Shown piece by piece: positions 9,925 to 17,298 of a stretch of 64,000 bases of DNA; positions within the stretch are counted from its first letter, which is position 1, and each line of letters begins with the position of its first letter. This stretch comes from a virus. The notes below the pieces were generated by a model that had not been told where the DNA came from, searched no databases, and was given only the letters and a program-made list of their open reading frames with translations. Location: positions 32,001 to 96,000 of IMG/VR virus record IMGVR_UViG_3300021964_000021. One strand, 5' to 3'. The position numbers were made by a program, and so were the translations under genes.

Positions 9925-10565
9925 GCGAGATCAAATAAAAAACCATTAATATACTTCCTAGCAAATTGCTTTGTATAGTATGATTTTATGATACCATATG
10001 CTGGATCAGTGTATGATAAATGATGGTCATAACCTTTTTGAAAGATGTGAGCAGGAGACTGTTCACATCTTTTTGTGCATTCTTGATATCTTCTAAGGTA
10101 TAGATCTAATTTATCAATATACTCGTCATAAAAATCTTGACGATCAGTCTTGATCCAAAGTTTTTTGGAGAAGTATGTGTCTAGATCATAGATCTTTGAT
10201 TTATTTTTTATTCTATCTTCTTGATCTCCAAGATACGTTTGAATATATTTGTCTGAATATTCTTTACTTCCTTCTAGTGGATGGAAGTCAATGGTTCCAA
10301 AATATTTTACATTACCACACTTAACATATTCTGTTCCAAAGACTGGGGCATTGTATTGAAAGTCTGGATATATAACAAGAGACTCTGCAATAAACTTACC
10401 ACGGATATGTAACTCACAAATTCTTATTCTGCGGAGGTTTTCTGTTCTCCATACATAAGATTTTATACACGAGTTCTTATCTTCTATAACAGGACTCAAC
10501 CAATTTGGAAGAGCAACTGGAGTCAGGTTCTGATATAATTCAAATAGTTTATTCCTAACTTCCAT
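9906..10565 (-). CDS. Ferredoxin-dependent bilin reductase (PebA/PebS-like, divergent)
   Basis: VIYP...APVFG, DFHPL, YFSK and TDPAYG...F.NGFLF. An AATAAATA late-promoter-like element lies on the minus strand at 10586-10593. Confidence 0.75.
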   Translation of the reverse strand: MEVRNKLFELYQNLTPVALPNWLSPVIEDKNSCIKSYVWRTENLRRIRICELHIRGKFIAESLVIYPDFQYNAPVFGTEYVKCGNVKYFGTIDFHPLEGSKEYSDKYIQTYLGDQEDRIKNKSKIYDLDTYFSKKLWIKTDRQDFYDEYIDKLDLYLRRYQECTKRCEQSPAHIFQKGYDHHLSYTDPAYGIIKSYYTKQFARKYINGFLFDLAQLPGT

Positions 10566-10593
10566 CACAAAGGTTCAATAATAGATATTTATT

Positions 10594-12222
10594 ATGAGAG
10601 TTTTAACTATATTTGGTGGTGGTCATGACTCCTCTGCAACTTTTGTTGTTGATGGTAAGGTTGAAAGATATTTAAAAGAAGAGAGATATACTGGAGTAAA
10701 GCACGACACGAGTCATAATGCAATTATTGATACGATTATCGATAACAATCTTCTTGGCAATGTTGATTACATTATGTCAGTTAATCAACTAGATCGCACT
10801 GATGCTATAAAACTAAACAACATTTTGCAATCTTTTGCTCCCGAAGCAAAGATTTTTAATCCACTAAATGAGCACCACTTGTTTCATGCATCGAATGCAT
10901 TTTATAACAGTGGGTTTGAAGAGTCCTTAGTGATTGTTATTGATGCAGCAGGCGCAGAATTTAGTAAGAAGCATTTAAAAACATACGAATGTGACTCTGT
11001 TTATCTTGCTACTTATCCAAACAAATTTGAGAAGTTGTATAAGGGATATGCTACAGATGGAGAGTTTAAGTGTAGTGATGTAAAAAAGATTGTTAATTAT
11101 TGTGAATATCAGATCCGTGATATAAATTCTGGGTGGGCTAATATTGGTAACTTATATAATAGTGCTGCTCTAGCAATGGGACAAACTCTTCAGGATTGTG
11201 GTAAAGCAATGGGGTTGTCTTCATATGGAAAATCTATTCCAAAAATAAATCTAAGTGGATTTGACGCACTAAAGAGTATAACCGAATATTTTAATGATAA
11301 TTCGCAATTTTTATCTGTTCTGTATGGTGATCAGGATAGGTATCATCTTGATATTACGGACAATAATTATCAAAAGTATGCTGATTATTGTTATGAAGTT
11401 CAGCAAGAGTGTATGAATCAAGTAATTGATTTGGTTAGAAAATACACTAGGAAAACTGGCGTCAAGAAAGTTTGTTTGAGTGGTGGATATGCAATGAACA
11501 TTGTAACTAATTATGAGTTGACTCAAGAGTTCCCAGAAGTTGAATTCTTTTTTGAACCTCTTTGTAATGATGGTGGCATATCTGTAGGTGCTGCCATGTA
11601 TGTGTACAGAACAGTATCAAAAGATAAAACAATACATCCTATTGAGACAACTTCTTATCATGGAGTAGATCATGATATAACATCGTATAAAGGTGTCACA
11701 GTGGATACTAAGGGGGTAGTTGATCTACTATGCCAAAACAAGTCTGTAGCGGTCTTCTACGGGCAGGCAGAGGCAGGTGAGAGAGCTCTTGGTAACAGAT
11801 CTATATTGTTCAATCCTTTGAATCCTGATGCTAGAGATATAGTTAACCAAATAAAGAAGAGAGAATGGTATAGACCCTTTGCTGCCATGGTCTTAGAGGA
11901 AGATGCTCATTTGTATTTTGAGAATGCTATGCCCAGCAGATTTATGACACTTTCATTTCCTGTAAAGTCTGATATAATCCCTGGTGTAACTCATGTGGAT
12001 GGAACCTGTAGGGTTCAAACCGTTGCATCTGGTCACATGTATGATATCCTAAGGGAGTTCAAAAACTTGACAGGTCATGGTATCCTATTGAACACCAGTT
12101 TTAATCTTGCTGGTCAACCACTCGTTGAAACAGCAGAAGAAGCACTCAAAACTTTAAACGAATCTACTTTAGATTACGTTTGGTTTTATGAAACCAAGCA
12201 GTTGTTTAAATCCACTTTTTGA
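10594..12222 (+). CDS. Carbamoyltransferase, NodU/CmcH family (full length, copy 2)
   Basis: GHDSS, KEER..G.KHD, HHLFHA, GKAMGL, SGGYAMN, DGG.SVGAA, RALGNRS, REWYRPFA, HVDGTCRVQTV and NTSFN. Confidence 0.92.
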   Translation: MRVLTIFGGGHDSSATFVVDGKVERYLKEERYTGVKHDTSHNAIIDTIIDNNLLGNVDYIMSVNQLDRTDAIKLNNILQSFAPEAKIFNPLNEHHLFHASNAFYNSGFEESLVIVIDAAGAEFSKKHLKTYECDSVYLATYPNKFEKLYKGYATDGEFKCSDVKKIVNYCEYQIRDINSGWANIGNLYNSAALAMGQTLQDCGKAMGLSSYGKSIPKINLSGFDALKSITEYFNDNSQFLSVLYGDQDRYHLDITDNNYQKYADYCYEVQQECMNQVIDLVRKYTRKTGVKKVCLSGGYAMNIVTNYELTQEFPEVEFFFEPLCNDGGISVGAAMYVYRTVSKDKTIHPIETTSYHGVDHDITSYKGVTVDTKGVVDLLCQNKSVAVFYGQAEAGERALGNRSILFNPLNPDARDIVNQIKKREWYRPFAAMVLEEDAHLYFENAMPSRFMTLSFPVKSDIIPGVTHVDGTCRVQTVASGHMYDILREFKNLTGHGILLNTSFNLAGQPLVETAEEALKTLNESTLDYVWFYETKQLFKSTF

Positions 12223-12236
12223 TATATAATTTTAAA

Positions 12237-12614
12237 ATGGTGTCTGCACTAATGGAAGAGGACATTGACTTTGCACTCTACTATGATGTTGAGAAAGCAA
12301 TTGACTATGCCTTTGAAGGTAAATTTGTACTTAAACTGTACGACTATCTAAAAATATGTAATGCAAAGCGCCGCCATGCTGACGAGTTTATTGAAAGCAC
12401 GACGGCAGCAGAGATCAACTTGTTGATTTTGGACCTTGAAGAATATCTTCAAGGTGGTCAAGACGATACTCATAAGCAATTGCGAGAAGGGTATGGTCAC
12501 ATTCCAAAACCACAAGCAAGAAAAATAAAAGAATATCTCTATGGTATTCTTGAAGATGCCTGGAGATACAGCAATGACAAAAAACCAGGAAGACGAAAGA
12601 AGTCAACTAAATAA
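12237..12614 (+). CDS. Hypothetical cyanophage protein
   Basis: Clean ORF within a tightly packed gene run. Confidence 0.55.
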   Translation: MVSALMEEDIDFALYYDVEKAIDYAFEGKFVLKLYDYLKICNAKRRHADEFIESTTAAEINLLILDLEEYLQGGQDDTHKQLREGYGHIPKPQARKIKEYLYGILEDAWRYSNDKKPGRRKKSTK

Positions 12615-12792
12615 ATCAGAAGAATCTCCAGATATTAATCGGGGATTTGAGTTAATGTTGCGACACCGCAGCAGGAGGGAGAAACCAAAACCTAAAACAT
12701 TTGGCATAATGTTTGGGAAGGTCATCTCTCTCCTAAGTCGAGAGATACACTTCCATTTTGAATTAAAACTTGGTATTCTTAAAAAGAGGTAA
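12574..12792 (+). CDS. Hypothetical protein
   Basis: ORF fills the gap between its neighbours; start uncertain. Confidence 0.4.
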   Translation: MTKNQEDERSQLNKSEESPDINRGFELMLRHRSRREKPKPKTFGIMFGKVISLLSREIHFHFELKLGILKKR

Positions 12793-12808
12793 TCTCGGGA
12801 GCAGTCCG

Positions 12809-13027
12809 ATGTTAGCAATTACACTTACATTCTCCGCATTATTTTCCATAATGATGCTCATTGTGGGCGGAGTGGTTGGTTGGATGGCGAAAGAACATGT
12901 ACTAATGTCTTCACCAGTCTATACACATCCCGAAATGTTTGACGAAAATGGGAACATTCTTCCCGATGAAATTTTAGCAGTACGATTTGAAAATGGCTAT
13001 GACGACTACGAAGAAGAAGACGACTAA
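12809..13027 (+). CDS. Small membrane protein with HPE motif (DUF2973-like)
   Basis: N-terminal transmembrane segment followed by HPEMFDENG. Confidence 0.55.
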   Translation: MLAITLTFSALFSIMMLIVGGVVGWMAKEHVLMSSPVYTHPEMFDENGNILPDEILAVRFENGYDDYEEEDD

Positions 13028-13559
13028 ACCTATTCCTGAATTGCAACCAAACCCCTTCATGCATGAGATCCTTGATCTGGTTCATGGACAAAGGACAGTT
13101 GCTAAAAAGGCGGAGGTGTTGCAAAAGTATAGGACTGAAGGTCTAGTTGCACTTCTGATTTGGAATTTTGATGACACTGCTGTGTCTGCTCTTCCTGAGG
13201 GTGATGTACCTTACTCTCGTGCAGAAGAGCAGACTGCACAAAACGAATCTCTGTCCGCTTCGATTGAGAAGTTGAATAGGGTTGACGGTCTGTCTAAAAT
13301 GGATGAAGTTGTTCGTAAGAGAGCAACTTCTATTCGTAAGGAATGGCAGAACTTCTACAATTATTTGCAAGGAGGCAACCCATCCCTTACCAGTCTCCGT
13401 AGAGAGACGATGTTCATTCAAATGCTTGAAGGACTTCATCCTAGGGAAGCCGAGATCATGGTTTTGGTTAAGGACAAGAAGTTGCAGACTAGGTATAAAA
13501 TTACTAAGTCTGTCATCGCTGAGGCATATTCAGATATCCAGTGGGGAGGTCGTAGTTGA
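12993..13559 (+). CDS. Conserved T4-like hypothetical protein (DUF6433-like)
   Basis: RRETMFIQMLEGLHPREAE motif. Confidence 0.6.
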   Translation: MAMTTTKKKTTKPIPELQPNPFMHEILDLVHGQRTVAKKAEVLQKYRTEGLVALLIWNFDDTAVSALPEGDVPYSRAEEQTAQNESLSASIEKLNRVDGLSKMDEVVRKRATSIRKEWQNFYNYLQGGNPSLTSLRRETMFIQMLEGLHPREAEIMVLVKDKKLQTRYKITKSVIAEAYSDIQWGGRS

Positions 13560-13810
13560 GTAATAAAATCAGAATACTTCATGAGGATTGTGATCCAGAG
13601 TCAGTTGATGATAAGTCATTGCCTTGCACTGCTTACTTTGTAACTTATGTAAAGAGTGGTCGTAAGTGTTATGATTTGGTTATGGCTGGCAAAAAAGTAG
13701 ATATCTTTGATCATTACTGGGACATGTATAGACATGATCTTATTGAGTTTAAACAATCCTCTGGTACAGCAAATCCAAAGTTATATAATCCACCTAAAGG
13801 TAAGAAATAA
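13556..13810 (+). CDS. Hypothetical protein
   Basis: Start and stop overlap those of the neighbouring genes. Confidence 0.55.
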   Translation: MSNKIRILHEDCDPESVDDKSLPCTAYFVTYVKSGRKCYDLVMAGKKVDIFDHYWDMYRHDLIEFKQSSGTANPKLYNPPKGKK

Positions 13811-14025
13811 TGTCTAATGGATTTGGTGCAGAAGATGGTAAAGCAAAAGTCTTCGTTCAAAAAGAAGAAGTAGAAAAATTAATCAAAGAATATAAAAAGA
13901 TCAAAAAGTACATGAAGTCTCCTCTCTATGAGATCAAAAATCTAGATGGGAGTGAAACACTTGTCAATAATCTCTTAAAGGAATACGGAGAGGACAATGA
14001 TTCACAAATTGATAACAATGCTTGA
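13810..14025 (+). CDS. Hypothetical protein
   Basis: TAATG translational coupling to the upstream gene. Confidence 0.55.
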   Translation: MSNGFGAEDGKAKVFVQKEEVEKLIKEYKKIKKYMKSPLYEIKNLDGSETLVNNLLKEYGEDNDSQIDNNA

Positions 14026-14128
14026 TCCTGCTTTAGTTGGATCAATTCTGGGAACCTTACTTTTGGTTCCCTTTGGTTATTTCATATATGATGTGAAGAA
14101 GAATCCTGACAAATATAAAGAACACTAG
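14018..14128 (+). CDS. 36-aa single-TM microprotein
   Basis: MLDPALVGSILGTLLLVPFGYFIYDVKKNPDKYKEH; overlaps the upstream stop. Below the ORF-track size cutoff. Confidence 0.5.
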   Translation: MLDPALVGSILGTLLLVPFGYFIYDVKKNPDKYKEH

Positions 14129-14157
14129 TTGACAAATTGTCAGGACTCTATTAAACT
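14129..14157 (+). promoter_or_regulatory. Sigma70-like (early) promoter
   Basis: TTGACA-N17-TAAACT. Confidence 0.65.
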
Positions 14158-14179
14158 ATTAATATGAATACGTTTTATT

Positions 14180-14377
14180 ATGTCAAACTATAGACCCTAT
14201 TCTCCTGAGTGGAATAGGAAACGATACTTGACTGAAGCAATTCAGACTTACTTCAATGATGACGTTGACGTTGAAGTCATTGTTGATGATATTAACTGTG
14301 CTCTGGAAGAGCAGAGAGACTATTATCTCGGTCGTGCCGAGAAGTTAGGCGCTGTTATTGCAGGTCTCAATAAATAA
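14180..14377 (+). CDS. Hypothetical protein
   Basis: ORF directly downstream of the promoter. Confidence 0.55.
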   Translation: MSNYRPYSPEWNRKRYLTEAIQTYFNDDVDVEVIVDDINCALEEQRDYYLGRAEKLGAVIAGLNK

Positions 14378-14397
14378 AATTAAAGGTATAGATCACC

Positions 14398-14712
14398 ATG
14401 CTATCAACTCAGTATCGTCTTCGCTTAGAAGGCATCTGCAGAAAGATCTCTAATAAGGAAGAAGTGGAACTAAGTGATATGATTTGGGCAGAGAAACTAT
14501 CCAAGTCTTACACAACAGCAAGAGAATGGCTAAACAAAGCACGTCGTCAAGCTGCCAATGATATTCAAGAGGGTAGCATGGATGATTTTATGAATAAGAT
14601 GGGACTAGGAGACCCCGACCCATCTAATTATAAAACGGGGTTTGAATCTGCAGATGAAATTGTAGATTGGTTCAAGCAAGATAAACCTGACGACTGGAGA
14701 CAGCGTGACTAG
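14398..14712 (+). CDS. Conserved cyanophage hypothetical protein
   Basis: MLSTQYRLRLEGIC...DWRQRD, preceded by AATAAATA. Confidence 0.6.
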   Translation: MLSTQYRLRLEGICRKISNKEEVELSDMIWAEKLSKSYTTAREWLNKARRQAANDIQEGSMDDFMNKMGLGDPDPSNYKTGFESADEIVDWFKQDKPDDWRQRD

Positions 14713-15034
14713 GTATAGCGTCATTCATAAAGACGGATCTGAAACACCTTACATTTGGTGTGATAAAACAAAACAAATGGTAGTTGCGAAGATTAAAATG
14801 CAAGCATTAGTTTATGGTAACGGTAGCCAAGAATCAGAAAGAGCAAAGATGGTTCTTGAGGCTTGTGGTCAGGACGTAAGAGAATTTATGCTTGGTGTTG
14901 ACTTTAGTGATAGACAGTTCCGTGCTGAGTTTGGTAGTGAAGCAGAGTACCCTCAAGTTGCCATTGGATTGAATCATCGTGGTACTTTGAAGGAGACTCT
15001 TAAATACATGAGTGAGCAGGGAATGTTCTTGTGA
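14705..15034 (+). CDS. Glutaredoxin-fold protein lacking active-site cysteines (start may be 14798)
   Basis: EFMLGVDF...EFG..AEYPQV aligns with the 9622 glutaredoxin; SQES replaces CPYC. Confidence 0.6.
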   Translation: MTRYSVIHKDGSETPYIWCDKTKQMVVAKIKMQALVYGNGSQESERAKMVLEACGQDVREFMLGVDFSDRQFRAEFGSEAEYPQVAIGLNHRGTLKETLKYMSEQGMFL

Positions 15035-15513
15035 GAGTTGATACTATCATTATAGATGAATTTTTAGAGCATCCTGATATAGTAAGAGAATCTGTTTTAA
15101 AACTGGATTTTAATACTGAAGGTTATTTTCCAGGACTTCGTAGTGATAGGGCAGACGAAGAGTATCAAGACATGGTGACGATGAAGATTGCTCCCATGTT
15201 AAGGGCAAAGACTCTTGACTATACAATGGATAGTTTTAGATTTCAATTGTGTTTGAAAGATGCTAAGACTTGGATTCATACTGATACATCTCAATGGGCG
15301 GGTGTTTTGTATTTGACACCAAATGCTCCTGTAAATTCAGGAACAGGAATTTTTACCAAAGAGGGTGATCTAATCACCATGATCGGTAATGTTTATAATC
15401 GTTTAGTTTTGTATCGTGGCGATCTACTTCACAGAAGTATTAAACCTGGATTTGGTTCTGATGTCTCTACGGGGCGTTTAACCCAGGTATTTTTCTTTGA
15501 TATTATTGAGTAA
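15031..15513 (+). CDS. 2OG-Fe(II) oxygenase-like protein (DUF6445-like)
   Basis: WIHTD, WAGVLYLTP, SGTG, YNRLVLY...H and RLTQVFFF. Confidence 0.75.
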   Translation: MRVDTIIIDEFLEHPDIVRESVLKLDFNTEGYFPGLRSDRADEEYQDMVTMKIAPMLRAKTLDYTMDSFRFQLCLKDAKTWIHTDTSQWAGVLYLTPNAPVNSGTGIFTKEGDLITMIGNVYNRLVLYRGDLLHRSIKPGFGSDVSTGRLTQVFFFDIIE

Positions 15514-15524
15514 TATTAAAAACG

Positions 15525-15538
15525 GTATAGCGTTATAC
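15525..15538. promoter_or_regulatory. NtcA-type binding site (GTA-N8-TAC)
   Basis: GTAtagcgttaTAC within the palindrome CGGTATA-GCGT-TATACCG, just upstream of a sigma70 promoter. Confidence 0.65.
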
Positions 15539-15546
15539 CGAATAAG

Positions 15547-15575
15547 TTGCATACATAGTAACGTCAGTGTATAAT
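15547..15575 (+). promoter_or_regulatory. Sigma70-like promoter
   Basis: TTGCAT-N17-TATAAT, with a predicted TSS near 15582 immediately before CGTTCA. Confidence 0.7.
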
Positions 15576-15582
15576 GACAGTA

Positions 15583-15843
15583 CGTTCATCTTATGCCTCT
15601 TCTAATGCTGCTCATGGCATTCAGTACACAAGAGGTTACCAGTGACTATCTTGTCAGTGGTGCCTACGACTGGATGATGACCTGCGAGCAATCTCAAGAA
15701 GCAATCACGAATCTATATAAAGATGAGTATTATTCTCGTCCTGAAAATGTAGGTATTCGTGAGAGCATGAAGAGAAAGTTCTTACGTCATACACCTTATG
15801 AGTGTGCGGTCGAGATATAAGACGCAAGTAAGTCGCGGAACGG
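15583..15843 (+). ncRNA. Glutamine riboswitch-like aptamer 1 (Downstream-peptide/glnA class) with an ORF-containing P2 loop
   Basis: CGTTC-A-TCTTAT...ATAAGA-CGCA...GGAACGG. P1 is CGTTC/GAACG and P2 is TCTTAT/ATAAGA. Confidence 0.65.
15593..15820 (+). CDS. 75-aa protein nested in aptamer 1; hydrophobic N-terminus, two Cys
   Basis: ATG lies in the 5' P2 arm and TAA in the 3' P2 arm. Confidence 0.55.
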   Translation: MPLLMLLMAFSTQEVTSDYLVSGAYDWMMTCEQSQEAITNLYKDEYYSRPENVGIRESMKRKFLRHTPYECAVEI

Positions 15844-15845
15844 AG

Positions 15846-16035
15846 CGTTCATCCCATGCTAGAATTACTTTTATATTCAAGTATAACTTGTACTGATGCT
15901 GATGCATTATTGTTCAGGATCACAAAAAATAGATCAGAACTACCTCCACAAGTGGTGGTAGAATTGGTAGAGACTGTAAAGGAATCTGTACCTGAATGTG
16001 AATTCTACTGGGACGCAAACGACTGAAGGAACGGG
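15846..16035 (+). ncRNA. Glutamine riboswitch-like aptamer 2 (tandem copy) with an ORF-containing P2 loop
   Basis: CGTTC-A-TCCCA...TGGGA-CGCA...GGAACGGG. P2 is extended by TAGAATT/AATTCTA. A DUF4278-like gene follows. Confidence 0.7.
15856..16026 (+). CDS. 56-aa protein nested in aptamer 2; hydrophobic N-terminus, two Cys
   Basis: MLELLLYSSITCTDADALLFRITKNRSELPPQVVVELVETVKESVPECEFYWDAND, translated by hand. Confidence 0.55.
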   Translation: MLELLLYSSITCTDADALLFRITKNRSELPPQVVVELVETVKESVPECEFYWDAND

Positions 16036-16071
16036 AGATTAAATTCACCCTAGTATTTCAGGTAACGACAA

Positions 16072-16239
16072 ATGAACACACTTAACCTCATCAAAAAGCA
16101 AATCGAAAAGCAGGCTCGCCTGCATGATGCACAGATCTCTCACACCGCTTATCGCGGAGTGATTTTTGATCGTCGCTGCGAAGAGCGTGATGAAGTTCAC
16201 GGAGCATTCTGCTACCGTGGTCACACCTACATCAAGTGA
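16072..16239 (+). CDS. DUF4278-like small protein
   Basis: 55 aa, MNTLNLIKKQIEKQARLHDAQISHTAYRGV...CYRGHTYIK, with two YRG motifs; lies downstream of the riboswitch. Confidence 0.7.
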   Translation: MNTLNLIKKQIEKQARLHDAQISHTAYRGVIFDRRCEERDEVHGAFCYRGHTYIK

Positions 16240-16246
16240 GGAAGAT

Positions 16247-16345
16247 ATGCTTGCATTAAAAGTTGCGGGATTCGGTTCCCTTTTTAGCGCAGCATTTATT
16301 CTCCTATTGTATGGTGAACTACTGCTCCTCAATAAAATAGATTGA
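16247..16345 (+). CDS. 32-aa hydrophobic microprotein
   Basis: MLALKVAGFGSLFSAAFILLLYGELLLLNKID, with a GAGGA-like RBS upstream. Confidence 0.45.
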   Translation: MLALKVAGFGSLFSAAFILLLYGELLLLNKID

Positions 16346-16355
16346 GGAGATAAGA

Positions 16356-16511
16356 ATGCTGAAGGTCAGATTTTTTTATGACCTTCCAGTATTTGATCCT
16401 AAGAAGCACGATCCAGATAGAACTTTTGCGTTCTTAACTTATCGTGGTGTACATTATGCCAAATGGGTTGATTTAAAATCCATGGGCACACCAAGCTGGA
16501 AGATCAAGTAA
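16356..16511 (+). CDS. Small protein with LTYRGV motif (DUF4278-like)
   Basis: 51 aa containing FLTYRGVHY; GAGGAG RBS upstream. Confidence 0.55.
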   Translation: MLKVRFFYDLPVFDPKKHDPDRTFAFLTYRGVHYAKWVDLKSMGTPSWKIK

Positions 16512-16514
16512 ATT

Positions 16515-16541
16515 AAGGGGGGTTGCGACCCTTCTTTTTTT
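16515..16541 (+). terminator. Rho-independent terminator
   Basis: AAGGGGGGT-TGCG-ACCCTTCTT followed by a T tract. Confidence 0.7.
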
Positions 16542-16574
16542 GTACTATAATGTTTAAGTGTATCTAAATTGCAG

Positions 16575-16745
16575 ATGGAAAGAGAGAAGCTAAAGATACT
16601 CTTGGGTAGATTGAGGGGACTATTAGAAGAGATTGAGTCTGAAGTTTATTCTGATGTTGATTCATATACAGAAGGATTTTCCTCTCTCCCAATAGATGGG
16701 GACTATGATGAAATTTATAACGATGATGATGGGTACTGCGACTAA
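16575..16745 (+). CDS. Small acidic hypothetical protein (56 aa)
   Basis: MEREKLKILL...ESEVYSDVDSY...DDDGYCD, with TATAAT upstream. Confidence 0.55.
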   Translation: MEREKLKILLGRLRGLLEEIESEVYSDVDSYTEGFSSLPIDGDYDEIYNDDDGYCD

Positions 16746-17298
16746 TTGGTATCATAGATACCTTAACCTTCCCTTTACCATAGGTCCTCTTGACATGTTC
16801 AAAGAGGAAGGGAAACAGATTAAGCACTTTTATATCAATGATTACCCATTCTATCCAGTAGAAGAATGGTTCAATGATCTTGGACTTATCCTGGCATTGA
16901 AGGAAGTTTTTTATACTCCACCATATTCAAAGATTCCTATTCATACAGATCATGGGGGATATACCCATCATGCAAAGATCAATATCACTTGGGGTCCTGA
17001 GGAAGGCGTGATACAATGGTGGAAGTCTGATAAGACTTTTAGAAAAAAGATGCTTGGTTATGGCAATGCAACTTCGGAATTCCATGACAATCTATGGGCA
17101 AAGGAAGAGGATTGCGACTTCTTATACGAGGCAAACACAAACAAACCAAGTCTAGTAAACATCGGTATGCTTCATGGGACTAACAATCCTACAGATCGCG
17201 GACGATGGACTCTCTGTCTTGTCCCACAGAATCCAAGAGGACAATTTATTCACTGGAATACTGCACTAGAAATTTTTAATGATTATTTGGAGGTCTAA
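16723..17298 (+). CDS. Putative 2OG-Fe(II)/cupin-fold oxygenase
   Basis: IPIHTD, KINITWG, LVNIGMLHG and RWTLCL. Confidence 0.5.
   Translation: MMMGTATNWYHRYLNLPFTIGPLDMFKEEGKQIKHFYINDYPFYPVEEWFNDLGLILALKEVFYTPPYSKIPIHTDHGGYTHHAKINITWGPEEGVIQWWKSDKTFRKKMLGYGNATSEFHDNLWAKEEDCDFLYEANTNKPSLVNIGMLHGTNNPTDRGRWTLCLVPQNPRGQFIHWNTALEIFNDYLEV

Noticed and set aside
16045-16332. 95-aa minus-strand ORF
   Set aside because: It is antisense to the DUF4278-like gene and the microprotein, which have better motif and context support.
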